Positions 11,082 to 19,913 of a stretch of 64,000 nt of DNA are shown one piece after another. Both the position numbers and the translations under genes were made by a program. A model generated the notes under the pieces. It ran no database searches and was not told the DNA's origin. It was given only the letters and a program-made list of their open reading frames with translations. Location: the NCBI GenBank assembly GCA_963849325.1, contig CAWKHF010000004.1, positions 479,619 through 543,618 of the forward strand. Direction: 5' to 3'. The DNA is from an uncultured Planctomycetota bacterium (GTDB taxonomy: Bacteria; Planctomycetota; Planctomycetia; Gemmatales; Gemmataceae). How positions within the stretch are numbered: position 1 is the first letter of the stretch; each line of letters begins with the position of its first letter.

Positions 11082-11256
11082 AAGGGGTGCCCAATGTCAG
11101 CACGGCGGAAGTGGCAAAGTGTCAAGGTGGCAAGGATAGAGCGCTATCAAGAGCCGCGCCCGATGGTCAGGCTCGCGCGCGCGGCGCACAATCGACAACC
11201 CTGATCATGAGCTTACGATTGAGTCAGTGAGGGAAAACCAGACTGTGAGGCGAACG

Positions 11257-11544
11257 ATGTCCAAGCAAACGAAAGAGTTTTTCGAGCAGCTCCGGGCCGG
11301 CCAACAGCCGACCCTGCTGGAGTCCATCCGGGAGGCCGCGGGCGCCCTCAAGGAAGCGGGGGGACAGCTCTGGGACGGTATGAGGCCCATGTTCGACCAC
11401 GGCCGCACGGAGGCCGCCGCTGCCCTGTTCGCCGGGCACGCCCATGTCATGTACATGAAGGGGCCGGAGGGCAACGAGCAGGGGCAGGATCTGGTCAGGG
11501 ACGAGCCGCACAAGCAGCAGGAGATCAGCGGCCGCGAAATGTAG
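11257..11544 (+). CDS. Hypothetical mobile-element protein
   Basis: MSKQTKEFFEQL...QEISGREM; GC3-rich codons. Confidence 0.6.
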   Translation: MSKQTKEFFEQLRAGQQPTLLESIREAAGALKEAGGQLWDGMRPMFDHGRTEAAAALFAGHAHVMYMKGPEGNEQGQDLVRDEPHKQQEISGREM

Positions 11545-11604
11545 TCGCGGCAGCAACTTTCAACCACAACGTCACCTTTTTTCCCTTTTTTCAAGGAGTT
11601 CCTC

Positions 11605-11775
11605 ATGAACCTGTTCGCCGAAGCGTCCGAGAGCAACCCCCTGGCGGTCCTCATTGTCCTGTTCCTCATGATGATGGGCATCCGGCAGTGGGGCATCTGG
11701 CTCAAAGGCAACACCGTCGTCCGTAGCGCGGCCAAGAAGGGTGTCCTCAGCATCCTGGGCCGCATGTTCAAGTGA
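11605..11775 (+). CDS. 56-aa membrane peptide (absent from ORF track)
   Basis: AAGGAG RBS; MNLFAEASESNPLAVLIVLFLMMMGIRQWGIWLKGNTVVRSAAKKGVLSILGRMFK. Confidence 0.7.
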   Translation: MNLFAEASESNPLAVLIVLFLMMMGIRQWGIWLKGNTVVRSAAKKGVLSILGRMFK

Positions 11776-11785
11776 GGAGGCCGCC

Positions 11786-11953
11786 ATGCTGTTCGCCGCT
11801 ACCCTTGGCGAGCATTGCTTCAACCTGATGCTCGCCCTGTTCCTGCTCTTGGCCTTCGCGTTCAAGATCCTCACCGCCATCGATGATGACGGCGCGATCA
11901 AGAAGACGGCCAACGAGGGCATCGCCGCGTGGATCACACGTTGGCTGAAGTAA
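11786..11953 (+). CDS. 55-aa membrane peptide
   Basis: GGAGG RBS; MLFAATLGEHCFNLMLALFLLLAFAFKILTAIDDDGAIKKTANEGIAAWITRWLK. Confidence 0.7.
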   Translation: MLFAATLGEHCFNLMLALFLLLAFAFKILTAIDDDGAIKKTANEGIAAWITRWLK

Positions 11954-12005
11954 CCCACCAGCGCGGGGTGCGCCCAGCCCCGCCTCTTCGTTCCGGAGCG
12001 GTGAG

Positions 12006-12122
12006 ATGGCGTGGCTCCTGTTCCTTGTCCTGTACGGTGCGCCGCGGAGCGGGGTAGTGGATGACGTGGCGGATGCTGCGAAGTAGTGTGTGATCCGCTT
12101 CTTGATCCACTGGCTGAAGTAG
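12006..12122 (+). pseudogene. Degenerate third membrane-peptide copy
   Basis: MAWLLFLVLYG...AAK*CVIRFLIHWLK*; internal TAG at 12084 aligns with AAG of copy 1. Confidence 0.5.
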
Positions 12123-12155
12123 CCGAGGCGTGTCTCGTTTTTCAGGGGGTGCGGC

Positions 12156-12416
12156 ATGACCGTTGAGGAAAGGCTGGAGCGCATGGAGGCCATGCTCGCC
12201 GCCCTGGTCGAGCGGCAGACCGCGCCGGAGTGGTATACCACGGAGCAAATCGCCCAACTCGTCGGCAGGGCCGAGTTCACCGTCCGGGAATGGTGCCGGC
12301 GCAGGCGCATCCAGGCACAGAAGAAGGACAGCGGTCGCGGTGCCCATGCCTCGTGGGTCATCTCCCATACCGAGTTGCTGCGTTACCAGCGCGAAGGTTT
12401 GTTGCGTAGTCGCTGA
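12156..12416 (+). CDS. HTH excisionase-like protein / candidate recombination directionality factor
   Basis: WYTTEQIAQLVGRAEFTVREWCRRRRIQA winged-HTH pattern near the recombinase. Confidence 0.8.
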   Translation: MTVEERLERMEAMLAALVERQTAPEWYTTEQIAQLVGRAEFTVREWCRRRRIQAQKKDSGRGAHASWVISHTELLRYQREGLLRSR

Positions 12417-12518
12417 TCCGCAACGCCACGCGCGACCTGATCTTCCCCTCTGGTGGGGAGCCGTGGAGCGTGCGCGCTCATCGAGGATTTCTTGCCCTGG
12501 TAGCGGTGGTTTCCCGTC

Positions 12519-12743
12519 ATGTCTCGAAGCAATCGAAAGAAGGATTGTCAAGTCGCGGAGGATGCTCGACCGGGCATCGTTCCGGCCGAGACACCGGATT
12601 GGATCACACCGGAATTGATCGCAGCGACGATTCGCGTCTGGCAACCGTACTACCCAGCTACTCTCACGCCCGAAGAAGCCGTTACAATGATCTTGAACGT
12701 GGGTCGCTTATTGGACGTGCTATCTTCGGGGGCATCGCCATGA
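12519..12743 (+). CDS. Small hypothetical protein coupled to the recombinase
   Basis: ATGA overlap with recombinase start; PDWITPELIAATIRVWQPYY. Confidence 0.6.
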   Translation: MSRSNRKKDCQVAEDARPGIVPAETPDWITPELIAATIRVWQPYYPATLTPEEAVTMILNVGRLLDVLSSGASP

Positions 12744-14278
12744 AACAGTTCGTCGCGTTGGCACGGGTGAGCAGTCGGGAACAGGAACGCGAGGGCTTCT
12801 CGCTCGAAGTACAGGAAGAAGCGCTCCAACGCTACGCCACGCAGGCCGGTGGCGAAATCGTCAAGCTCTTCAAGATTGCCGAGACGGCCAGCAAGGCCGA
12901 TGAACGCAAAACCTTCCGCGAGTTGATCGCCTACGCCAAGAAGAATGCACCCTTCCTCGATGGCCTGCTCTTCTACAAGGTAGACCGGGCCGCTCGCAAT
13001 CTCTTCGATTACGTCGAGCTGGAACGGCTGGAATCGGAATACGACCTGCCGTTCATCTCCATTTCGCAACCGACCGAGAACACGCCCGCCGGCCGCATGA
13101 TGCGGCGGACGCTGGCTAACATGGCCAGCTTCTACACCGAACAGCAATCGGTCGATGTCCGCGAAGGGCTGGCTCGTCGCGTGCAAGAAGGCTGGTTCGT
13201 CGGCCCCGCTCCCTACGGCTACCGCAACGTCCGCAAGGATGGTCGCGGCATCATCGAGATCAACCCGGAAGCCGCTGCCAACGTCCAACGCATCTTCCAT
13301 CTCTACGCCTACGAGAACGTAACGCTCGATGGCTTGGTGGCGCGGGTCAATACCGAGGGCCGCGTCTTCCGTCCCTCGCAACCCCGGTTCCCGCGCAGCA
13401 TGGTCTACACCATCCTGAAGGACCGAGCCTATATCGGTGAAATCCTCCACAAAGGCCAATGGTATCCGGGCAAGCAGCAACCGCTGATCGACCGGGCGAC
13501 CTGGGACCGCGTGCAGGCGTTGCTGGGCGGGCATATCTATCAGTCGCACACGCTGACCTATGCCAGCGGCCTGATTCAATGCGGTCATTGCGGGCATCCG
13601 GTTACCGGCGAGAAGGTCAAGAAGAAGACGAAGACGAGCGAGCGGTTCTACACCTACTACCGTTGCACCGGCTACACCAAGCCGGGGCATCCGCGTATCC
13701 GGGTTACGGAAGCCGATCTCGACCAGCAAGTGCTGGCCGTCTTCGACAAGATGCGTGTGGAAGACGAAGGGGTGCGTGACTGGTTCCGGCTGGTGCTGGC
13801 CTCGCAGACGCGCAATGCGCAAGCCCAATCGCTGGCTCAACGCGGCGAGCTTCAGCGTCAAGAGACGTTGTTGGTGCAGCAGCAGGATCGCCTGCTCAAC
13901 CTGCGGTTGTCGGAGGACATCGATCAGGAGACGTTCGCCCGCAAACATACGGAGTTGCGGGATCGATTGGCTGCACTCAAGCTGCGACTGGAGACCGTGG
14001 ATCGCTGCCACGACGAAACGGCCGAGTTAGCGGCAAAAGTGTTTGAACTTTCGCAAACCTTGCGTCAGCAATGGCTTACGGCCGATTATGCCGCCAAGCG
14101 TCGCATCCTGGAAATCGTGTTTTTGAACTGCTGTCTCGATGACATAACTCTTGTCCCCACCATGAGAAAGCCCTTCGACGTTCTCGCCGAAGGGCCGCTT
14201 TTGGAAAAAAGCGGAGAGGACGGGATTCGAGTTGAGGGCGAACGCAAGTTCTTACCGGAGGAGGTGGTGCGACAGTAA
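12740..14278 (+). CDS. Large serine recombinase (integrase)
   Basis: ARVSSREQ, KVDRAAR, APYGYRN, YIGEI, zinc ribbon CGHCG...YYRC, C-terminal coiled coil. Confidence 0.93.
   Translation: MKQFVALARVSSREQEREGFSLEVQEEALQRYATQAGGEIVKLFKIAETASKADERKTFRELIAYAKKNAPFLDGLLFYKVDRAARNLFDYVELERLESEYDLPFISISQPTENTPAGRMMRRTLANMASFYTEQQSVDVREGLARRVQEGWFVGPAPYGYRNVRKDGRGIIEINPEAAANVQRIFHLYAYENVTLDGLVARVNTEGRVFRPSQPRFPRSMVYTILKDRAYIGEILHKGQWYPGKQQPLIDRATWDRVQALLGGHIYQSHTLTYASGLIQCGHCGHPVTGEKVKKKTKTSERFYTYYRCTGYTKPGHPRIRVTEADLDQQVLAVFDKMRVEDEGVRDWFRLVLASQTRNAQAQSLAQRGELQRQETLLVQQQDRLLNLRLSEDIDQETFARKHTELRDRLAALKLRLETVDRCHDETAELAAKVFELSQTLRQQWLTADYAAKRRILEIVFLNCCLDDITLVPTMRKPFDVLAEGPLLEKSGEDGIRVEGERKFLPEEVVRQ
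14211..14230 (-). other. tRNA-Ser-like 3' fragment, candidate att site
   Basis: Minus strand TCGAATCCCGTCCTCTCCGC matches T-loop, T-stem, CCTCTCC acceptor strand and G discriminator; rest of tRNA absent. Confidence 0.6.
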
Positions 14279-14923
14279 GTCGCCGTCTGGGCAGCGTTTG
14301 CGATTGGTCAACAGCGCTCACCGACGTTCGCGGACTCTCAGGAATGGTCAACGGGATTGGCCCACTGGGCCAATCCAGGCCGACGACTTGGCACCTCCAT
14401 CTTGGCCAACTGTTTCCGCCCGTCCCCGCCCCGTGCCCTTGCGGCCCTGCTCAACCATCCGCAGTTGCCCAACGCCCTGCACCATGAAACCGCCGCGGCC
14501 GCGCCGCCTGCGGCACCGATCCGTACGACCGTGCGTGCTGCCTGCCAACACCTCGGCCATGCCTGCGGGGCTGCCTGGCAGCGGGTCCGGAGTGCCGGCG
14601 CAGCCGGGCTGGGGCGGGCCGTCCAGCACAGCCCTTTCCTGGCGGCAGCCGCCAAGCGACTCTGTCGTTGCCGGCGTGGCCTGCGGTGGGCGTGCGGCGT
14701 GGGTCTGGCCACGGCTGGGATCATCGGCTAGGCAGGACCGTGGCTGGGCTTAACCGTCGGCTTCCTGGCCGGCCTTCTGCTCACGCTGGCGGTGCAGGAT
14801 CGGCACCACCTGCGCCCGTGGTTCTCTACCGGGGGCGCCGGCGATTGAGCCGGCCACGCTGTCCGGTTCCCTGGGCCTTGCCCCCGGTTCTCCGGCACCT
14901 GCCCTTTCGCCCTTTTTTGGAAA

Positions 14924-14986
14924 GTGGCGGCACGTTTGTAACGTGCCGTACAATCCAACACGTTGAAAACGTGTTGCCACATTTTG
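14924..14986 (+). repeat. 63-bp REP-like double-hairpin repeat, copy 1
   Basis: GTGGCGGCACGTTTGTAACGTGCCG...CAACACGTTGAAAACGTGTTGCCACATTTTG; exact reverse complement at 49691-49753. Confidence 0.9.
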
Positions 14987-15132
14987 TTAGTGCCTCTTAT
15001 CCAGTACGAAATCCAGTACAACAGTACAACCCGCAGCAAGGCAGAGAAAAGCTCTTCTCATCAAGGTCCAACCACCTCCCAAACTTAACGCTGACTCTCC
15101 CAGATATTACCGTCCATCGGCTCGGGAATCTT

Positions 15133-16141
15133 TCACCACGGTCGAGGGCCACAAAGTCGAACATTGAGGAATCGATTCACCATCTGGAATCCGAACGAGG
15201 CCGCCAGGGCGACCGCAAGGGCGCTGAGGCCCAGACCGGCGACGTGGAAAACGGTTTGCCGGAAGGTCAGCGAGGAATCGCGGGATGGGGGCGTCAGGTC
15301 GGGTAGGGTCCGGTCGTCGCCCAGCTGGGACAGTAGCTTGCGGGCCGGTTCCTTGGCTGTGGCGGGTGGCGCCAGCTCCGCGGCCGGGTGGGGAGCGGGA
15401 TCCTTCGGCGCCGGTTGCGTCGATTTCGTGCCGCTTTCTTTCTGCGGTTCGCTGGGCGCCTTTCGCGGCTCCGAGGTGGTTTCGGCGGGGCGGTGACCTT
15501 CCTTCGGACGATCCGTCAGGGCGACCGGAGTCGTTCGCGCTTGGGCGGCGCACCAGACCGAGCGGGCGATCTCCAGCGTGTCCACTTCCAGGACCAGGCA
15601 CAAGAGCGTCGCAATGGCCAGCAGCGTGCCGGCCATCCGCCGTTTGTACCACCCGGAAGCACGGTCCATGATGCTGTCAAACCAGACGCCCAGCCGCTGG
15701 CGCACGCGGCTCCATGTCGTGTCCGGAGCAGCGGCCAATCGTCTCCAGGGCGACCTTGAAGTCGGAGTCCGACAGCTGCTGCACGATGCGTGCATAATCG
15801 TTGAAGGTGATCGGCTCGCCGCCCTCCCACTCCGGCGGCTTGATCAGCCGTAACACCGTCTCGGTGAACGCCCAGGCCGGCAGGTACGATGGGCCGCGCG
15901 CGTGGTCGTCGGGCGGCGTCAGGGTGTGGATCAGCGGTGCCTCGAAGAACTGCTCCAGCAGGCTGCGGTTCTGGCTGTCGTAGGCGCCCGTCAACACCTC
16001 GCGCAGGGCCGAAGCCAGCACCCTGGACCGCCAGCAGCGCCACGCCGCCACCCACTCGCCCGCCGCCGAGCAGACCGCCGCCAGGCCGCCGTACACCGCT
16101 AGCAGCGTCAGCACCACCTCCAACAACGGTGAGCCGAACAT
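15133..16141 (-). CDS. Multi-TM membrane protein at end of CIS operon (frameshifted)
   Basis: N-terminal TM (LEVVLTLLAVYGGLA), WFDSIMDRASGWYKRR plus TM, C-terminal TM GLSALAVALAASFGF; ORFs 15677-16156 and 15133-15795. Confidence 0.65.
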
Positions 16142-16156
16142 GGTCCTTCCCTCCAT

Positions 16157-17659
16157 TTACTCCGCCGCCTGGGACGTCGGTTGGGTTGCAGGTTTGGATT
16201 CAGGTTTGGCGATACGTCCATCCGGTGGTTTGGCGTCGCGATCAAAGATCCGGCGCAGGTCAAACCAGCCGTCGTGGTCCACCAGCAGAAGCGGCGCATA
16301 CGCGGGCGGAGGATTGTGCGGATGAAGGGACACTACGACCCGCGCGCCGTCCTTCGACGTGGTTGGCCAGATCACGTCGCGCGTGGACGTTCGCGCCGGA
16401 ATCATCCAGTAATCGCCGCGGCGAAAGAGGCGTGGTATCCGGTTGTTCTGGTCCTTGCCGACCGGAGTGTTGTCGAACCGCACCTGGACGCCATCGCCCA
16501 GATCGATCCATTTATTATCGCCGAGCGTTACCCATTTGGGTTTATGCTGCCATCGCCGCAAGAGCGGGTGCTTGGGCGCCGTCGGCAAGGTCATGCTGCT
16601 ACCTTGCGTGTCCAGAACAATTGTCCCCTCGTGCAGGTCCACGTCCTTGACGCGGAGAAACGGCCGGGCCGGGATCGGTTTAGGCTCGGTCATGCGCAGC
16701 GCGTAGGCGTCATCGACAAATTCCACCCAGTCGTTGCGGTGGAGGGTGGGACGTGGACCGCCTGCCGAGCCGAGGAGGTGGAGCGTAAGGATGCTCTGCG
16801 AACCGATGTTCGTGTTGTCGGGTATGACGACGGGAAAGATGGCCGAGGCGTTGTCGGGCGCCCACTTGAAGGCAAATTGATTCCGGTCAGGCTCGACAGC
16901 ATGGATCTCGACCCGGAACAACTGATTGTCCGCGCCGCGATAGCCAAACTCCGCATCCGAGGCGCAGAGATCCTGTTGGTCGGTCTGCTCGTTCCGCTGT
17001 CTCACCTGAGCGGCCATCCGTCCGGGGTACTTGCGACGCCGATTGTGATCCAGCAGCACCTTCTCGAACGCTTCGAACTCCTTGACCGTTAGCGCCTGGG
17101 TTGCATCCTTGACGGTGGCAATGAAAGGGTCGATGGGATTATCGAGTTGGAGGAGCTTGACTTGCCAGACCACACGGGTGCGGGTGGTCGTGTCGAGGTG
17201 GCCCAAGGCGGGGTCCTGAACCAGCGGGTCGAAGGCGACGCCGGCTGTCGCGGCGTCGCCGGCTTCGTAGCCCGACAGCTCGCGGAGCCAGACCTCGGCA
17301 TACACCAGATACGGCGGCTTGCCCACGGGCGGCACGGGAAAATCGGGCTGGGTACCGTAGTCGGGCTGAGCACTGTAGTTCGTCAGCCGCTCGTTCTCAC
17401 AAAGCAGGCCGTCCACGCAATAGTGGCCGGGGGAGATTTGCAGATCGTCCGGCTTGTCCATGGGCTGGATCTGAAATTCCCTGGCACTGGGTCCCCAGTG
17501 GGGGCCACGCAAGTCGCGGGCCAGTTGCCTCAGCCGGTACAGCTGGATCGCCGCCTGCTCGTTGAAGTCGGCGTCGAGCAGCACGCGGCCTTGCTGCAGC
17601 ACCACCTGGAGATAGTGGTTGCGGCGGTGGAAGCTATCGCGTGACAGGTCGGCGGACAT
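16157..17659 (-). CDS. DUF6519-like CIS protein
   Basis: MSADLSRDSF...VVLQQGRVLLDADFNEQ, GHYCVDGLLCEN, YRGADNQLFRVEIH, GDYWMIPART. Confidence 0.8.
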   Translation of the reverse strand: MSADLSRDSFHRRNHYLQVVLQQGRVLLDADFNEQAAIQLYRLRQLARDLRGPHWGPSAREFQIQPMDKPDDLQISPGHYCVDGLLCENERLTNYSAQPDYGTQPDFPVPPVGKPPYLVYAEVWLRELSGYEAGDAATAGVAFDPLVQDPALGHLDTTTRTRVVWQVKLLQLDNPIDPFIATVKDATQALTVKEFEAFEKVLLDHNRRRKYPGRMAAQVRQRNEQTDQQDLCASDAEFGYRGADNQLFRVEIHAVEPDRNQFAFKWAPDNASAIFPVVIPDNTNIGSQSILTLHLLGSAGGPRPTLHRNDWVEFVDDAYALRMTEPKPIPARPFLRVKDVDLHEGTIVLDTQGSSMTLPTAPKHPLLRRWQHKPKWVTLGDNKWIDLGDGVQVRFDNTPVGKDQNNRIPRLFRRGDYWMIPARTSTRDVIWPTTSKDGARVVVSLHPHNPPPAYAPLLLVDHDGWFDLRRIFDRDAKPPDGRIAKPESKPATQPTSQAAE

Positions 17660-17672
17660 CGCAAGCTCCATG

Positions 17673-19913
17673 TTAGTTAGGGAGATAAATAATCTGGACC
17701 TCGCTGCCGGCCGGGGTGAACTCGTCAACCCAGGCACGCAGGTAGTCGCGGCGCTGCGCGAAGTAAGCGTCGTGGAAGGCGCCCATCTCGGACTGGTCGC
17801 TAGCGCCGCGGCGCAGCTCCGCGGGGCCATCGACGTCCAGCAGCGCATATTCCGGATCGCCGTAGCGGCGGCTGCGGAAGCGCGGCCGGACGTGCGCCTC
17901 GATGACCGCCTTGTCGTCGCCCTTGTCTTCGCACTGCGGCGATGCAAGCGCGAGGTCCGGCTGACAGCGGTAGCGCGGCAGGGGCGTCTTGCTGGCGGGC
18001 GGTACGTAGCAAAAGTGGAAACAGCCCTGGCGACGCCGGGCCACGAAGACGCGGCCGGCGAATAGACAATCTTCGGCCAGCTCCACGGCGTGGACTTCGA
18101 CGCGGCCAAAAAACGTCGAGCGCTCGGCCAAAAGCCGCACGAGAGCGGCCGCGCAGTCGGGACTGCCCAGCGCGGGGCAGGGGCCGCCAGCGTCATCGAC
18201 GATACTATCGCGCACGGTCAGCGGCGGAGGCTCGCCTGTTCGCGTCGGCCCGCCCTCGCGCCCTTGCACCGAGATGGCGCCGACGATGCTCCGCTCGATC
18301 GCCACGCTGCCTTCCAGGCCGCGCAGGATCAGCGTCGGCCGGTGCTTGAGCTTCGGCTTGCCGCACGCGCCCAGCCCATTGCCCGGCACGATCGTGCAAT
18401 CGCGGATCGTGACGGCCTCCAAAGGTCCTCGCAGCACGAGCGGCCTGTCGCTGATCAGCAATCCGTTGAGCACAAGGCGGCCGCCCGTTTGGTCCTTCGG
18501 TCCCGGCTGAAAATGGCCGCCCTCACCGGGCGATCCCAACAGCACCAGGGGGTGGCGTCCCAGGGTAGCGCGGATTTCGATTGTTTTCTCCGCCGGGACC
18601 GTCAGCGGTTTGTCCAGATGAAACGGCCCGTCGTCGAGGAGCTCGATCACCGCATGCTTATGCTTCTCGGCGGCACACGCCGCAAGCGCATCAGCAAGGG
18701 TTTCAAAGATGGTTTTCCCTGGCCGCGCGTCTTTGGGGGCCTGCGCCGGAAACCCGTGGGTGAGCACGAACGCATGGCAGGCGGCCGCGGGCGTGTCGGC
18801 CGACCGAAAGTAATCGCCGCCGCCGATGTCGAATGGTACGCCGGTGTAGTAGCGGACCCACAGTGGCGGCGCTTGGTGAACATTCTGGTCCAGGCCCAGC
18901 GCGATGCGCCCGCTCTCCGGATCGACGGCGACCTCGTTGGCTTTCAACCGGACGGGGCGGCGCAGATCGGCCGGCACGATGCGCTCCAGCGGCACCGGCC
19001 CGTGGGCGAGGTCGCCCTGCCAGATGAGCAGGCTCTTGCCGGGGCCGTAGAAATCGCCCTTGTGATCGCGGAAGTCGCGCAGCCGGATCGGTGCGGGAAC
19101 TTCCGCTTCGCGCACGGGCCGGTCCAGGTCCGGCGGCCCGAGCAGCCGGCGCACCAGCGGGACGGGATTGCCCAGGGGGCTGAACGTGTAATCGTGCCGC
19201 CGTTCGTCCGGCCGGCAAACGCCGCGGTCGGCGCCGTTGTCGATACAGCAAGCTGGCGTTTTACCCCAGCGAGCGGGGCGCATCGTCCAGACGTAGAGAC
19301 CGACGCTGGTCATCTCGCCTCGCCCGCCGGCCGTCGCCCCGCGCAGATCGACCGTCCGCGTCAGCGTGGCGAATGGCCCCATGCCGCGGTCGAGCTCATC
19401 GTGCCGGCGGAGATCGACGAGCCGGCCGCGCTCCGGGTGCGGATAGTTGAGCGCGAAAAAGACGGCGGTGCGGTCGCGCAGCTCGACGGCGTGTCCGGCC
19501 CAGCCGCCGACGTCGCGGACCAGCGCCTCCAGCACGGCGAGCGTGCCCTTGCGGCGGCGGTAGGCGAGCGTGTTGGCGATGGCCCGCCGCTGTAAGAGCA
19601 GGGCCAGCCGCCGCCGGCCACGCGCGCTGTCGAGCTTGTCCGGCCTATCCGGCGCCGGCGCCGCGAGCGCCGCCGTCCCCAACAATGCCGCGACGTAGGC
19701 CACTGCCCAGGGATCGCACGTCTCGATGAACCAGTTCTCGTACAGCCGCGCGATGTCGTCCTCGACGACGTTGACCTGCTCCGCCACCACGCGGAGCAGG
19801 GCGCGGAGCGGCTGGCCCGTGACCTGATCGCGTGCGCGGATGGTGGCCGGCAGCAGATCGTACAGCCGATCCAGTCGTTCCGCGCCCGGCCGATAGGTGA
19901 GCACCGCGCTCAT
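17673..19913 (-). CDS. CIS baseplate wedge / phage tail protein (P2 gpI-like N-terminus)
   Basis: LYDLLPA, LYENWFIETCDPW, RRRKGTLAVLE, C-terminal SEMGAFH...EFTPAG. Confidence 0.8.
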   Translation of the reverse strand: MSAVLTYRPGAERLDRLYDLLPATIRARDQVTGQPLRALLRVVAEQVNVVEDDIARLYENWFIETCDPWAVAYVAALLGTAALAAPAPDRPDKLDSARGRRRLALLLQRRAIANTLAYRRRKGTLAVLEALVRDVGGWAGHAVELRDRTAVFFALNYPHPERGRLVDLRRHDELDRGMGPFATLTRTVDLRGATAGGRGEMTSVGLYVWTMRPARWGKTPACCIDNGADRGVCRPDERRHDYTFSPLGNPVPLVRRLLGPPDLDRPVREAEVPAPIRLRDFRDHKGDFYGPGKSLLIWQGDLAHGPVPLERIVPADLRRPVRLKANEVAVDPESGRIALGLDQNVHQAPPLWVRYYTGVPFDIGGGDYFRSADTPAAACHAFVLTHGFPAQAPKDARPGKTIFETLADALAACAAEKHKHAVIELLDDGPFHLDKPLTVPAEKTIEIRATLGRHPLVLLGSPGEGGHFQPGPKDQTGGRLVLNGLLISDRPLVLRGPLEAVTIRDCTIVPGNGLGACGKPKLKHRPTLILRGLEGSVAIERSIVGAISVQGREGGPTRTGEPPPLTVRDSIVDDAGGPCPALGSPDCAAALVRLLAERSTFFGRVEVHAVELAEDCLFAGRVFVARRRQGCFHFCYVPPASKTPLPRYRCQPDLALASPQCEDKGDDKAVIEAHVRPRFRSRRYGDPEYALLDVDGPAELRRGASDQSEMGAFHDAYFAQRRDYLRAWVDEFTPAGSEVQIIYLPN

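Larger units (their letters stand above)
5848..14230 (+). mobile_element. Integrative element (serine integrase, HTH, coupling protein, ParB); left boundary uncertain
   Basis: Co-oriented gene set ending at the att-like fragment. Confidence 0.7.

Noticed and set aside
14211-14300. Intact tRNA gene
   Set aside because: Only 20 nt of the 3' end match; no anticodon or D arm
14357-14830. Membrane protein gene
   Set aside because: Hydrophobic stretch broken by TAG at 14729 and no credible start; at most a remnant
14999-15030. CAGTAC micro-repeats as CRISPR or iterons
   Set aside because: Three short irregular copies, no spacers, no cas or rep gene; no CRISPR array found anywhere in the window
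16157-18196. 679-aa start for the DUF6519 gene
   Set aside because: First ~180 aa overlap the upstream gene out of frame; real start is MSADLSR at 17659
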